64,000 bases of DNA from an uncultured Actinomycetota bacterium (GCA_963718235.1 CAVQYR010000001.1:1184001-1248000), one strand, 5' to 3'. Counted from the stretch's first letter, positions 39,778-50,611 are shown. Made by a program: numbers and translations. Notes: a model not told the origin generated them from the letters alone.

Positions 39778-40722
39778 ATGACTCGTCGGGCGCTCGCGGT
39801 GGCGGCTGTGGTCGTGGTGGTCGCGGTGAGCGCAGGAATCGCCCTGACCCTGGGTCGGCTGGGTTCGAGCACCGCCCCCGACAGCTGCCAGAGCTTCCCG
39901 GGGGATCCGTGCGCCGGGTCGTTGTACTACGGGGCGTCGGTCGAGGGTGGCGACCCTGCCCGGCTGGAGGCGCTGACCGGCCGTCCCCTCACCCTGTTCC
40001 GCTCCTTCATGCAGTCCACGACGCCGGCGAGCGCCTTCGTCGAGCGGGCGACGGCCGACGTCGCGGCCGGCCGGATCCCCCTGATCTCGACCAAGGTCCC
40101 CGGGACCTGGTCCGAGGTCGCCTCGGGTGACCAGGACGCCTGGCTGGAGGAGCGGGTCAGGGCCCTGGCCGCGGTCGACGGTCCCGTGTGGCTCGTGCTG
40201 CACCACGAGCCGCAGAGCGACGGCGTCCCGGCCGACTGGGTGGCCATGCAGCAGCATGCCCGAACGGTGATCGACCGCCTGTCGTCAAACATTGTGCTCG
40301 TCGGCATCCTCAACGGTTCGACCTTCCTGGACCCGGGCGGTGACCCACGGGCGTACTTCATGCCGGTGGGGACAGGGGTCGACGTGATGGGCTTCGACTC
40401 CTACAACCAGTGGTCGCCGACCAACGGCCGACGGTGGATGCCGGCGGCCGAGGTGCTGTCACCTGCCCTGGTGATCAAGTCCTGGGGCTACCCCGTCCTG
40501 GTGGGCGAGCACGGGGTGCGGGAGGACCCCGACCGGCCAGGCCGCGCGGCTCAGTGGCTCGCGGACGCCTACCAGTTCGGGTTGGACCACGGCCTGGTCG
40601 CCCTGTCGTACTTCGACTCGTCGGTGAACTCCGAGGACGGAAGCTGGGCGCTCGACGGGGAGCGGCTCGAGCAGTTCACCGCCAACCTGGCCCGCCCGGA
40701 GACCGCCGCGCTGACCCCCTGA
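39778..40722 (+). CDS. Secreted or membrane-anchored GH26-like glycoside hydrolase (clan GH-A)
   Basis: N-terminal hydrophobic anchor, HHEP (acid/base), DVMGFDSYN, PVLVGEHG (nucleophile). Confidence 0.75.
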   Translation: MTRRALAVAAVVVVVAVSAGIALTLGRLGSSTAPDSCQSFPGDPCAGSLYYGASVEGGDPARLEALTGRPLTLFRSFMQSTTPASAFVERATADVAAGRIPLISTKVPGTWSEVASGDQDAWLEERVRALAAVDGPVWLVLHHEPQSDGVPADWVAMQQHARTVIDRLSSNIVLVGILNGSTFLDPGGDPRAYFMPVGTGVDVMGFDSYNQWSPTNGRRWMPAAEVLSPALVIKSWGYPVLVGEHGVREDPDRPGRAAQWLADAYQFGLDHGLVALSYFDSSVNSEDGSWALDGERLEQFTANLARPETAALTP

Positions 40723-40810
40723 CCGCCCCGGGGCCCGGTGACCGGTGAGCGGACCGGTCCGGCGGGCCCAGGCCCGGGCTCACCGGCGGTGACCGTCGGC
40801 GCGGTGGCGC

Positions 40811-42031
40811 GTGGCGTTCTTCGCCCGTTCGTGGCATCTTCGCGGATTCGCCCGACGCGGCGGGTGCGACTCGGTCAAGGTATCGAGTGTGCGTGACGAC
40901 ATCGTGGTTGTGGTGGGGGCGGATCCAGGAGATCCAGACGACGTGCGCCGTGACGCCGCCGTCTGGTCGATGCTGCCTGCCGTGGCCGGGGGCCTCGCGA
41001 TCTGGGCGGCGCTCTCGGCCGTCGTCGCCCTGACCCAGGACACTGGGGGCGTCGCCACCGCCCTGACGGCCCTGACCACCTCCTTCCTCCTGACCGCGAT
41101 CGCGGTCGGCTTCGGTGTCCGTGGTCGGCTGGAGCGTTGGGCCGACCCGGTGGCGGCCACCACCGTGGTCCTGGCCTCGGTGCCTGCCGTCGCCGGCGTG
41201 GTCCTGACCCGCGACGTCGCCTGGTCGCTGGGTGTTCTCGTGTCGCTCGTGGCGACCGGGGCACTGCTGCTGTCCATCCGCTGGTTCGTGGTCACCGGGT
41301 ACGCCTTGTGGCTGGGCTGGTTGGTGGCTCTCGCCTTCGGTGACCTGGGCACTTGGCCATGGCTGTGGCTGGCCGCGGGCGCCGCAGTGACCGCTCTGTC
41401 GGCGCTGGTGTGTGTCTCGCGGCGCCGCCTCGTCCAGGCGCTGGCCAGGGCCGAGGAGACCGCCGCGCTGGCGAGCGTGCGGGACTCGCTCACCGGTCTG
41501 GCGAACCGCCGCGGGCTCAGCATGCTGGGCCAGCAGATGGTCGAGGTCGCCAGACGCCAGGGTGACGCCGTGCACTGCGTCTACGTCGACATCGACCAGC
41601 TGGCGCACGTCAACGAGGTCGTCGGCCACGACGCCGGCGACGAGGTCGTGGTGGCCGTCGCCGATGCTTTGCGGGCCGTGACCCGTTCGACCGACGTCGT
41701 CGCCCGTTGGGGCGGCGACGAGTTCTGCGTCATCGGGCCCGGGGCGGGGATGGCCCCCATGGAGCTCGAGCGGCGCATCCGCGAGCGTGTGATGCAGAAC
41801 CCGCCGGTACCCGACGTGGTCTGGTCGCCGCGCGTGTGCGCGGGGGGCGCGATGCTCGCACCCTGGGACAGCGGCACGCTGGACACCCTGCTCGGCAAGG
41901 CCGACCAGGAGATGTACCTGCGTCGGGCGCTGCGTCGCGGGGGAGGCCGCACTCGTGCCGGCGGCGCGGGTGGTGCCGGTCGGGGGGCTGGGCCGGGCAC
42001 CAACCAGGAGCAGCCGCAGGCCGGCGCCTGA
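40811..42031 (+). CDS. Membrane-bound diguanylate cyclase (GGDEF)
   Basis: Multiple TM segments, DSLTGLANRR, ARWGGDEF. Start uncertain. Confidence 0.9.
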   Translation: MAFFARSWHLRGFARRGGCDSVKVSSVRDDIVVVVGADPGDPDDVRRDAAVWSMLPAVAGGLAIWAALSAVVALTQDTGGVATALTALTTSFLLTAIAVGFGVRGRLERWADPVAATTVVLASVPAVAGVVLTRDVAWSLGVLVSLVATGALLLSIRWFVVTGYALWLGWLVALAFGDLGTWPWLWLAAGAAVTALSALVCVSRRRLVQALARAEETAALASVRDSLTGLANRRGLSMLGQQMVEVARRQGDAVHCVYVDIDQLAHVNEVVGHDAGDEVVVAVADALRAVTRSTDVVARWGGDEFCVIGPGAGMAPMELERRIRERVMQNPPVPDVVWSPRVCAGGAMLAPWDSGTLDTLLGKADQEMYLRRALRRGGGRTRAGGAGGAGRGAGPGTNQEQPQAGA

Positions 42032-42096
42032 ACGCTGCCGGTCCCGTGCTGGGCGGTGACCAGCGGGCGACTGCCCCTTCCTGTACCCTGACCGGC

Positions 42097-42132
42097 ATGC
42101 GAGTCCGGCTGCTCCTTACCGAGCCGCGCTGA
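42097..42132 (+). CDS. leuS attenuator leader peptide MRVRLLLTEPR
   Basis: Three tandem Leu codons CTG CTC CTT; resembles the Streptomyces leuS leader MRAVRLLLSEPR; ATG 7 nt after TACCCT. Confidence 0.85.
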   Translation: MRVRLLLTEPR

Positions 42133-42169
42133 CCTCAGCGGGTGCCACAGGCACCGCGTCGGCGCGGCG

Positions 42170-42192
42170 ACCCCTCGTGATCGAGGGGTTTT
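42170..42192 (+). terminator. Attenuator terminator upstream of leuS
   Basis: ACCCCTCG-TGAT-CGAGGGGT followed by a T run. Confidence 0.8.
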
Positions 42193-42227
42193 CCCATGTC
42201 AGGGGCACGTTTTGAGTGAGGGAGCCG

Positions 42228-44720
42228 ATGAACCAGAACCAGCCGGACGCCGACATCCGCGACGCCTACGACCCGGAGACCATGCAGGAGCGGTGGCTCC
42301 CGGTCTGGGACGAGCTGGCACCCTTCCGCTCCGGGGACCCGGCCGACGATCGACCCAAGAAGTACATCCTCGACATGTTCCCGTACCCCTCCGGCGACCT
42401 GCACATGGGCCACGCGGAGGCCTACGCGCTGGGTGACGTGGTGGCTCGCTACTGGGTCCAGCGCGGCTTCAACGTCATGCACCCGATCGGCTGGGACGCC
42501 TTCGGGCTGCCTGCGGAGAACGCCGCGATCAAGCGGGGGGTCGACCCTGCGGCCTGGACGTACGAGAACATCGCCATCCAGCGCGCCTCGATGCGTCGCT
42601 ACGCGTGCTCGTTCGACTGGGACCGGGTGCTCAACACCTGTGACCCGGAGTTCTACCGGTGGAACCAGTGGCTGTTCCTTCGGCTGTTCGAGCGGGGTAT
42701 CGCCTACCGCAAGCCTTCGCAGGTGAACTGGTGCCCCAAGGACCTGACCGTCCTGGCCAACGAGCAGGTCGTCGGGGGGCTGTGCGAGCGCTGCGACACA
42801 CCGGTGACCAAGAAGAAGCTGACCCAGTGGTACTTCCGGATCACCGACTTCGCCGACCGCCTGCTCGACGACATGCAGCAGCTGGAGGGTCACTGGCCGG
42901 AGAAGGTGCTGCTCATGCAGCGCAACTGGATCGGTCGCTCCACGGGCGCCGATGTCGTGTTCTCGATCGAGGGTCGCGACGATCCGGTCACGGTGTACAC
43001 GACCCGACCCGACACGCTGTACGGGGCGACCTTCTTCGTCGTCGCCGCCGACTCCGACCTGGCGGCCGAGCTCGCGGCGCAGGCACCGGACGCCGTCCGC
43101 GAGGAGTTCGACGCCTACCTCGCCCGGGTCCGGCAGACCTCAGAGGTCGACCGGCTGTCCAGCGACCGGCCCAAGACCGGCGTGAACCTGGGCCGCTTCG
43201 CCGTCAACCCGGTCAATGGCGAGCAGTTGCCGATCTACGCCTCGGACTACGTCCTGGCCGACTACGGCCATGGGGCGATCATGGCGGTGCCCGCCCACGA
43301 CCAGCGTGACCTCGAGTTCGCCCTCGCCTTCGACCTGCCGGTGCGGGTCGTGGTGGGCACCGAGGAACCGGACCCGGCTGTCTCCGCGGTGGCGACCACC
43401 GGTGATGGCGTCATGGTCAACTCCGGGCCCCTGGACGGCCTGGACAAGCAGCAGTCCATCTCGCTGATCGTCGAACAGCTGACCGCGAGCGGCTCCGGTC
43501 GCGCCGCGGTCAACTACCGACTGCGTGACTGGCTCATCTCCCGTCAGCGCTTCTGGGGGACCCCGATCCCGATCGTGCACTGTCCGGAGTGCGGGGAGGT
43601 CCCGGTTCCCGACGACGAGCTGCCCGTCCGGCTGCCGTCGTCCGAGGGCCTGGACATGAAGCCGAAGGGCACCTCGCCGCTCGGGGGGGCCACCGACTGG
43701 CTCAACGTTCCCTGTCCCCGGTGCAACGCGGCCGCCCAGCGTGACCCGGACACGATGGACACGTTCGTCGACTCGTCCTGGTACTTCCTGCGCTTCCTAG
43801 ACCCTCAGCTGGAGACGGCTCCGTTCGACCTCGAGCAAGCGGCGACCTGGATGCCGGTCGACCAGTACGTCGGCGGGGTGACGCACGCGATCCTGCATCT
43901 GCTCTACGCGCGCTTCTTCACCAAGGTGATGCACGACATGGGGCTGGTCGACTTCACCGAGCCGTTCACCCGGCTGCTGAACCAGGGCATGGTGGTCATG
44001 GACGGCTCGGCGATGAGCAAGTCGCGGGGCAACCTGGTGCGCCTGTCCGACGAGCTGGCCGAGCACGGCGTCGACGCCATCCGGCTGGCGATGGTCTTCG
44101 CCGGACCGCCGGAGGACGACGTCGACTGGGCCGACGTGTCGGCCACGGGTGCCCGCCGGTTCCTGGCCCGGGCCTGGCGGCTGGCCGGAGACGTCACGTC
44201 ACCGGTCGGTGTCGACGTCACGCGCGGAGACGTTGAGCTGCGCAAGACGACCCATCGCACCATCGCCGACGTCACCAAGGCGGTGGAGGACTTCCGGTTC
44301 AACGTGGCCGTCGCCAAGGTGATGGAGCTCGTCAACGCCACGCGCAAGGTCATCGACTCCGGTGCCGGCGGGGCCGACCCGGCCGTCCGAGAGGCGGTCG
44401 AGTCGGTGGCGGTGATGCTCTCGCTCGTCTCGCCGTTCACCGCCGAAGACATGTGGGCCCGGCTGGGGCACGAGCCGTCGGTCGCGAGGGCCGGTTGGCC
44501 GAGCCTCGACGAGGCGCTGCTCGTACGCGAGACCGTCACCTGCGCCGTCCAGGTCCAGGGGAAGGTCAAGGACCTGCTGGAGGTGTCGCCGGAGATCGGT
44601 GAGGACGAGCTGAAGACCCTGGCCCTGGCGTCGGAGTCGGTCGTGCGGGCCCTCGACGGTCGTCCGGTCCGCACCGTGATCGTTCGTGCACCCAAGCTCG
44701 TCAACGTCGTGGCCGGCTGA
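42228..44720 (+). CDS. leuS: Leucine--tRNA ligase
   Basis: [34 protein letters not shown]. Confidence 0.98.
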   Translation: MNQNQPDADIRDAYDPETMQERWLPVWDELAPFRSGDPADDRPKKYILDMFPYPSGDLHMGHAEAYALGDVVARYWVQRGFNVMHPIGWDAFGLPAENAAIKRGVDPAAWTYENIAIQRASMRRYACSFDWDRVLNTCDPEFYRWNQWLFLRLFERGIAYRKPSQVNWCPKDLTVLANEQVVGGLCERCDTPVTKKKLTQWYFRITDFADRLLDDMQQLEGHWPEKVLLMQRNWIGRSTGADVVFSIEGRDDPVTVYTTRPDTLYGATFFVVAADSDLAAELAAQAPDAVREEFDAYLARVRQTSEVDRLSSDRPKTGVNLGRFAVNPVNGEQLPIYASDYVLADYGHGAIMAVPAHDQRDLEFALAFDLPVRVVVGTEEPDPAVSAVATTGDGVMVNSGPLDGLDKQQSISLIVEQLTASGSGRAAVNYRLRDWLISRQRFWGTPIPIVHCPECGEVPVPDDELPVRLPSSEGLDMKPKGTSPLGGATDWLNVPCPRCNAAAQRDPDTMDTFVDSSWYFLRFLDPQLETAPFDLEQAATWMPVDQYVGGVTHAILHLLYARFFTKVMHDMGLVDFTEPFTRLLNQGMVVMDGSAMSKSRGNLVRLSDELAEHGVDAIRLAMVFAGPPEDDVDWADVSATGARRFLARAWRLAGDVTSPVGVDVTRGDVELRKTTHRTIADVTKAVEDFRFNVAVAKVMELVNATRKVIDSGAGGADPAVREAVESVAVMLSLVSPFTAEDMWARLGHEPSVARAGWPSLDEALLVRETVTCAVQVQGKVKDLLEVSPEIGEDELKTLALASESVVRALDGRPVRTVIVRAPKLVNVVAG

Positions 44721-44728
44721 GGCCCGCG

Positions 44729-45583
44729 TTGAGCGTGCCAGCTGGTCGGGTGGCCGTGGTGACCGACTCCACGGCGTACCTGCCCCAGGTGATGCGTGAG
44801 GCTCATGGCATCGAGGTCGTGCCGGTGCAGGTCGTCATTGGTGGAGTGGTGGCCGACGAGACATCGGTCTCGGCCGACGAGGTTGCCGAGGCGCTGCGCG
44901 ACTGGACGCCGGTGAGCACGAGCCGACCCACGCCGCACGCGTTCCTCACGGTGTTCGAGCGGCTCGCAGCCGGCGGTGCCACGGGGATCTTGTCGTTGCA
45001 CCTGTCCTCGGACATGTCGGCCACCATCGAGTCGGCCATGCTCGCCGCCCGAGACTCGCCGGTGCCCGTCCGGGTGGTCGACAGCCGGTCGATCGGCATG
45101 GCCCTGGGCTTCGCCGCGATCAGCGCCGCGGAGTGTGCTGCCGCTGGCGGCGACCTCGACCAGGTCGTGGCGGCGGCTCGTCGGCGGGCGTCCGAGGCCA
45201 CCGTGCTGTTCTACGTCGACACCCTGGAGTACCTGCGCCGCGGAGGCCGGATCGGGGCCGCCGCGGCACTCGTCGGCTCGGCGCTGTCGGTGAAACCACT
45301 GCTCCAGCTGGTCGACGGCCGGGTCGAGACCTTCGAGAAGGTGCGGACGACCAGCAAGGCGCTCGCCCGGCTCGAGGACTACGCGGTCGAGCGGGCCGGC
45401 GCCGGGCCGGTCGACGTGGCCGTGCAGCACCTGGCCAACGCCGGGCGGGCGCAGCTGCTGGCCGCGCGGCTCGGCGAACGGATCCCGGGGCTCTGCGACC
45501 TCGTGGTCGACGAGATCGGTGCCGTCGTCGGTGCCCACGTCGGCCCAGGGATGATCGCCGTGATGATCGCACCACGAAGCTGA
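44729..45583 (+). CDS. DegV family fatty-acid-binding protein (FakB-like)
   Basis: VVTDSTAYLP, STSRP, LRRGGRIG, AHVGPG. Confidence 0.93.
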   Translation: MSVPAGRVAVVTDSTAYLPQVMREAHGIEVVPVQVVIGGVVADETSVSADEVAEALRDWTPVSTSRPTPHAFLTVFERLAAGGATGILSLHLSSDMSATIESAMLAARDSPVPVRVVDSRSIGMALGFAAISAAECAAAGGDLDQVVAAARRRASEATVLFYVDTLEYLRRGGRIGAAAALVGSALSVKPLLQLVDGRVETFEKVRTTSKALARLEDYAVERAGAGPVDVAVQHLANAGRAQLLAARLGERIPGLCDLVVDEIGAVVGAHVGPGMIAVMIAPRS

Positions 45584-45616
45584 CGCCGGCGTGACCCCGC
45601 CACGCAAGGCGTCGCC

Positions 45617-46192
45617 GTGAGCCAGGGCCTGTGGGTGGTAGTCGCGGTCGCGGTGGGTTACGCGATCGGTTCGCTGTCCCCGGCGGTCGCGGTCGCGCGG
45701 GTGCGCGGGGTCGACCTGCGCACGAGTGGGTCGGGAAACCCGGGTGCGACCAACGCCGGACGCGTGCTGGGCTGGCCGTTCGGCGTCCTCGTGGGCCTCC
45801 TCGACGTGGCGAAGGGTTTCGTGCCTGCGTTGGCGTTCGGTTCGGTCGAGGTCGAGCTGGCGCTGTGGGCCGGAGCCGCTGCCGTGCTCGGCCACGTGAC
45901 GTCACCCATCCTGCGTGGCCGTGGTGGACGGGGGGTCGCGACGGCGCTCGGGGCCGTGCTCGCCGTGCAGCCGTGGTGGGCCCTGCTCGCCGTGGTCGGC
46001 TTCGGGCTGACCGTCGCCGTGACCCGTTGGGTCGCGCTGGCGTCCATGGTGGCGGGCGTCGTCCTGGTCTCGGCGGCTCTGGTCGCCGCTGACTCGACCG
46101 GGCAGCTGGTCTGGGCGGTGTTCCTGGCTGCTGTGGTCGAGATCCGTCACGTACCGAACATCGCGCGCTGGGTACGCGGGCGGCGCGGCTGA
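45617..46192 (+). CDS. plsY: Glycerol-3-phosphate acyltransferase PlsY
   Basis: GSGNPGATNAGR, DVAKG, GHVTS, GGRGVAT, RHVPNIAR. Confidence 0.9.
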   Translation: MSQGLWVVVAVAVGYAIGSLSPAVAVARVRGVDLRTSGSGNPGATNAGRVLGWPFGVLVGLLDVAKGFVPALAFGSVEVELALWAGAAAVLGHVTSPILRGRGGRGVATALGAVLAVQPWWALLAVVGFGLTVAVTRWVALASMVAGVVLVSAALVAADSTGQLVWAVFLAAVVEIRHVPNIARWVRGRRG

Positions 46193-46269
46193 CGGCGAAG
46201 CCGTTGAGCGGTGTCCGCAGCGCATGGTCGTGAGGAGTTCTCCCCAGGCCGGCGCTGGGCCTCTCGCTG

Positions 46270-47160
46270 GTGTGGTCAAGGCGCCTAGCGTCCGGCTTCG
46301 TGCTGCCGACCCACAGACGCGCCCGAGTCGAGCGAACCCGGGCCCGCCTCGACGCGCTGGCTCCGCGCTGGGTGCCGACCGCCGAGGGGGTCCAGGCCGA
46401 GCTCGCCGGTGAGTCGGCGCAGTCGGACTCATCGGGGCCACCGACGCCGCAGCCTGTCGTGCGGTCGCGCGAGCCGCGGGGGCTGCTCGCGCTCGGGCTG
46501 TGCGGAGTGGGCGCAGTCGTGGGTGGCGCCCTCGTGTGGTGGCTGGCGCTGCCGTCGGGCTCGGCGCTGCCCGAAGTCGTAGGGGCACCGGCTCCCGCAC
46601 CGGCCCGCGCTGCCGCCGCGTCGCCGATGCCGGCCGGGACCTCCACATTGCTGACCGCGGTGCCTTCGGGCGTCGGGTCGACCACGTCGCCATCGGCTTC
46701 GTCGGTCGTCGTGGTCGACGTCAAGGGCCGGGTCCGGCGGCCCGGCGTGGTCGAGCTGCCCGTCGGCTCGCGGGTGATCGATGCGTTGGACGCTGCCGGC
46801 GGGGTCACCGCCCGTGGGTCGACGGACGGGCTGAACCTGGCCGCTGTGCTCACCGACGGGGTCGCGATCGTGGTGCTCGGTCCCGGCCAAGCCGCTGGGC
46901 TGGCCCCGCTCAGCCCCGGTTCGGCGACGATCGGCGCGGCGCCCTCGGCCGGGGGCACGTCGATGACCGGACCGATCGACCTCAACGCGGCCACCCTCGA
47001 GCAGCTGGACACCCTGCCCGGGATCGGACCCGTGCTGGCCGAGCGGATCCTTCAGTGGCGGGCCGAGCACGGCCGGTTCTCCAGCGTCACCGAGCTGCAG
47101 GAGGTCTCCGGCATCGGTGACGCGACGTTCTCCGACCTGGAGCCCCTGGTGCGGGTGTGA
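46270..47160 (+). CDS. comEA: Competence protein ComEA (SLBB plus HhH)
   Basis: VDVKGRVRRPGVVELPVGSRV; DLNAATLEQLDTLPGIGP. Confidence 0.9.
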   Translation: MWSRRLASGFVLPTHRRARVERTRARLDALAPRWVPTAEGVQAELAGESAQSDSSGPPTPQPVVRSREPRGLLALGLCGVGAVVGGALVWWLALPSGSALPEVVGAPAPAPARAAAASPMPAGTSTLLTAVPSGVGSTTSPSASSVVVVDVKGRVRRPGVVELPVGSRVIDALDAAGGVTARGSTDGLNLAAVLTDGVAIVVLGPGQAAGLAPLSPGSATIGAAPSAGGTSMTGPIDLNAATLEQLDTLPGIGPVLAERILQWRAEHGRFSSVTELQEVSGIGDATFSDLEPLVRV

Positions 47161-49505
47161 GCGTCGGTGGGGGTTCGTGGCGCGAGACTCCCGGCGGAGC
47201 CGACCTGCGCCTGCTGCCCCCTGTGGGCGCGCTGTGGGCCGCTGCCTGGCTGACTCCCTGGATCGGCGTGCGCGGCGCCGTCCTCACTGCGGCAGCCCTC
47301 GCGGCGGTGTCGGTGGGCATCGTCTCGACCCGTCAGGGCCGGACCTCGGCGTGGCGTGTCGTCGCGGTGACCGTGCTGCTCGCCGCGGCCACTGGGTGCG
47401 TCGGTTCGGCCTGGCGGGTGGCCGCCCTGACGTCGGGCCCCTGGCGTTCGCTGGCCGAGCACTCGGCGTCGGTCCACCTGGCGGGCACGGTCACGACCGA
47501 CCCGCACCTGGGTGACCTCGGTTGGGGCGGTCTGCCGACGGTGTCCCTCACGGTTCGGGCCGAGCAGGTGTGGTCGACCGAGGGCGCGTGGCGGGTGCGC
47601 AGCCCGGTGGTGGTGCTGGGCAGCGGCGACCCCTGGGCGAGGCTTACGCCGGGGGAGCGGGTCGAGCTGGTCGGCACGGTTCGCACGTTGCCGCCGACGT
47701 CCGGTCGCTCGGCCCTGGTCTTCGCGCGCGACGGTCCCCGGCTCACCGCTCGCGAGTCGCCGCCGGAGCAGATGGCCGACCTGGTGCGGGCGCGACTTCG
47801 GGCCGCGGTCGAGGGCCGCCCACCCGATGTTGCGGGGCTGTTGCCCGCCCTGGTCGTCGGGGACACGTCGGCCCTGCCGCAGGCGCTGGTCGACGACCTG
47901 CGGGCGGCGGGGCTCGCCCATCTCACGGCGGTCTCCGGGGCCAACGTGGCGATCGTCTTGGCCGCGGTGCTGGGCCTGGCCCGGTGGGCCCGGGTTCGGG
48001 GACTCGCCCTCCCGGTGGTGGGCCTGCTGGCCGTTGCGGCCTTCGTGCTCGTGGCCCGGCCCGAGCCGAGCGTCCTCCGGGCCGCCGTCATGGGCAGCGT
48101 CGGCGTGCTGGGGCTGCTGGCGTCCGGACGTCGGCACGGTCCGCGCAGCCTGCTGGTCGCGTGCGGCGGGCTGCTGCTCGTCGACCCCTGGCTGGCCCGG
48201 TCGTGGGGCTTCGCGCTGTCGGTGGCCGCCACGGCGGGGCTGCTCGGCCTCGCGCCCCACCTGCGCGACAGATGGGCCGGCCGGCTTCCGACCGGGGTGG
48301 CCGAGGTGCTGGCCCTGGCCGTGGCGGCGCAGCTGGCGACGCTGCCGCTGCAGGTCGCGCTGGCCGGGTCGGTAGGCCTGGTCGGCGTTGCGGCCAACGT
48401 GCTCGCTGCGCCGGCCGTGGCACCCGCGACGACGCTCGGGGCGGCCGCGGCGGTCGTCGGCGTGGTCTGGCCCGGGGCAGCCGCCGTCCTGGCCTGGCTG
48501 GCCGGCTGGCCGGTCGCCTGGATCGTCGCGGTGGCCCGTTGGTCGTCGACCGCGCCCCTTCCGACGCTGAACCTCCCGACCGGCGTGACCGGGCTCGTCC
48601 TCGTCGTCCTCGGCCTCTCAGGTTCAGTGGTGGTGGGACGTTGGCTGTTGCGCCGTGCGGCGTCGCGTCGGTGGCCGCGAGGGGCCGCCCTCGTGCTCGT
48701 GGTGGCGCTGCCCCTGGCCTGGTGGCGCGGCCCGGACCAGTGGCCCCCGCCGGGCTGGGTGATGGTGGCCTGCGACGTCGGCCAGGGTGACGCTGTGGTG
48801 CTCAACGCCGGACCGGGGTCCGCGGTCGTGGTCGACGCCGGGCCCGAGTCCGGGGCGGTCGACCGATGCCTGCGTCGGTTGCACGTGTCGGTGGTGCCCC
48901 TCGTCGTCCTGACCCATGACCACGCCGATCACGTCGACGGCCTGCCCGGTGTGCTGCGCGACCGAGAGGTCGGGCAGATCCTGGTGAGCCCGCTGGCCGA
49001 ACCTCCGCTCCAGGCGGCGCAGGTGATGGCCTGGGCGGCCGAGGGCGGGGTGCCCGTGGGGGTCCTGGCCGCCGGCCAGCGGGTCGAGGTCGGTCCGTTG
49101 CGCTGGCAGGTGCTGTGGCCGGCGAGGGTGATCCGGGGTGAGGGCTCGGACCCCAACAACGCCAGCGCGGTGCTCCTCGTCGAGGTGAGCGGAGTGCGCC
49201 TGCTGCTCACCGGGGACATCGAGCCGGCAGCGCAGCAGGCGATCCTCGCCTCCGGTGTGGATCTGCACGCCGACGTGCTCAAGGTGCCGCACCACGGGTC
49301 CGCGGCCCAGGAGCCGGCGTTCTGGTCCACGGTCGCCCCCCGGCTGGCCGTGGTCTCGGTCGGTGAGGACAACGACTACGGCCACCCGGATCCGGGACTG
49401 ATCGCGGCCCTGACGGACTCGGGGATCGCAGTGCGGCGCACCGACCTGGACGGCGACATCGCGGTGGTGGTCCACGACGGCGTCCTGCGGGTGGCGAGCC
49501 GGTGA
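47157..49505 (+). CDS. comEC: DNA uptake channel ComEC/Rec2
   Basis: GLAHLTAVSGAN, PSVLRAAVM, DVGQGD, THDHADH, VPHHGS. Confidence 0.95.
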   Translation: MSVGGGSWRETPGGADLRLLPPVGALWAAAWLTPWIGVRGAVLTAAALAAVSVGIVSTRQGRTSAWRVVAVTVLLAAATGCVGSAWRVAALTSGPWRSLAEHSASVHLAGTVTTDPHLGDLGWGGLPTVSLTVRAEQVWSTEGAWRVRSPVVVLGSGDPWARLTPGERVELVGTVRTLPPTSGRSALVFARDGPRLTARESPPEQMADLVRARLRAAVEGRPPDVAGLLPALVVGDTSALPQALVDDLRAAGLAHLTAVSGANVAIVLAAVLGLARWARVRGLALPVVGLLAVAAFVLVARPEPSVLRAAVMGSVGVLGLLASGRRHGPRSLLVACGGLLLVDPWLARSWGFALSVAATAGLLGLAPHLRDRWAGRLPTGVAEVLALAVAAQLATLPLQVALAGSVGLVGVAANVLAAPAVAPATTLGAAAAVVGVVWPGAAAVLAWLAGWPVAWIVAVARWSSTAPLPTLNLPTGVTGLVLVVLGLSGSVVVGRWLLRRAASRRWPRGAALVLVVALPLAWWRGPDQWPPPGWVMVACDVGQGDAVVLNAGPGSAVVVDAGPESGAVDRCLRRLHVSVVPLVVLTHDHADHVDGLPGVLRDREVGQILVSPLAEPPLQAAQVMAWAAEGGVPVGVLAAGQRVEVGPLRWQVLWPARVIRGEGSDPNNASAVLLVEVSGVRLLLTGDIEPAAQQAILASGVDLHADVLKVPHHGSAAQEPAFWSTVAPRLAVVSVGEDNDYGHPDPGLIAALTDSGIAVRRTDLDGDIAVVVHDGVLRVASR

Positions 49506-49548
49506 CCACCCCAGACCGTCGTGCCGTGCTTCTGACATCCTGACGGCG

Positions 49549-50562
49549 ATGCCCGAGCCGCCTCAGCAGACCGCTCCCGCCGCCCTCACCCTCGTGACCG
49601 GCAGCGAGGAGCTGCTCGTCGAGCGGGCCACCCGGTCACTGGTCGAGGAGTGGAGGAGGGGCGACCCGGAGCTCGACGTGCACGAGCTGGGGGTCGCGGC
49701 CCTGCACAAGGGCGATCTCGCCGTGCTTGTGTCCCCGTCGTTGTTCGGGGGCACCCCCGTCGTGGTGATCACCGGGATCGAGCTGCTGAAAGCCGATGCC
49801 GGCGAGCTCGGCGACGCGGCCGACGAGATCACCGCCTACCTGAAGGCCCCGTCGCTTGAGGCCCGAGTGGTCCTGGTCCACGGGGGCGGACAGAGCGGCA
49901 AGGCGGTGCTGACCGCGGCCCGAAAGGCGGGAGCCCGCGAGGTCACCACCCCGTCGCCGCGCAGCCGCGGAGAGGTCCGCGCGCACCGTGAGCAGTTCAT
50001 CCGCGACGAGTTCGGCGCGCACCAACGGGCGATCGACCGCGACGGCGTGACCGCATTGCTCGAGGCGCTGGGCACCGACCTGCGCGACCTGTCCGGCGCG
50101 TGCGCCCAGCTGGTCTCCGACGTGCCCGACCGGATCGACCGTGACGTGGTGACCCGCTACTACTCCGGGCGGGCCGAGATCACCGGGTTCGCGGTGGTCG
50201 ACGCCCTGCTCGACGGCAACACCGCGCACGCCCTGGCCCTGGCCAGGCAGCTGGTCGACAGCGGCACCGACCCGGTCCCCGTGGTGGCTGCGGTCGCCAA
50301 GCAGCTTCGGACCCTGTCCCGGGTCGCTGGAGCCCCGCGCAACCTGTCGCCGGCCACGCTGGCCCGTGAGTTGGGGGTGGCCGACTACGCGGTCAAGCGG
50401 GCCAGGGACTGGGCGCCCGCCTGGACACCGGGTGCCCTCGCGGTCGCGATCCGGGCCACCGCAGCCACCGACGACGCGGTCAAGGGCGGCGAGGTGCAGC
50501 GGGCGTACGCCCTGGAGCGGCTGTTGGTGACCATCGGCCGCGCGAGGGCCACCCGGGCCTGA
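49549..50562 (+). CDS. holA: DNA polymerase III delta subunit
   Basis: LVTGSEELLVERA, GTDLRDL, DDAVKGG; comEC-holA-rpsT synteny. Confidence 0.9.
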   Translation: MPEPPQQTAPAALTLVTGSEELLVERATRSLVEEWRRGDPELDVHELGVAALHKGDLAVLVSPSLFGGTPVVVITGIELLKADAGELGDAADEITAYLKAPSLEARVVLVHGGGQSGKAVLTAARKAGAREVTTPSPRSRGEVRAHREQFIRDEFGAHQRAIDRDGVTALLEALGTDLRDLSGACAQLVSDVPDRIDRDVVTRYYSGRAEITGFAVVDALLDGNTAHALALARQLVDSGTDPVPVVAAVAKQLRTLSRVAGAPRNLSPATLARELGVADYAVKRARDWAPAWTPGALAVAIRATAATDDAVKGGEVQRAYALERLLVTIGRARATRA

Positions 50563-50578
50563 CCGGCCCCGCCGACGA

Positions 50579-50611
50579 CGAAGGCGCCGCCCCCAAGGGA
50601 CAGCGCCTTCG
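50579..50611. terminator. Hairpin between convergent holA and rpsT
   Basis: CGAAGGCGC...GCGCCTTCG inverted repeat. Confidence 0.7.
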
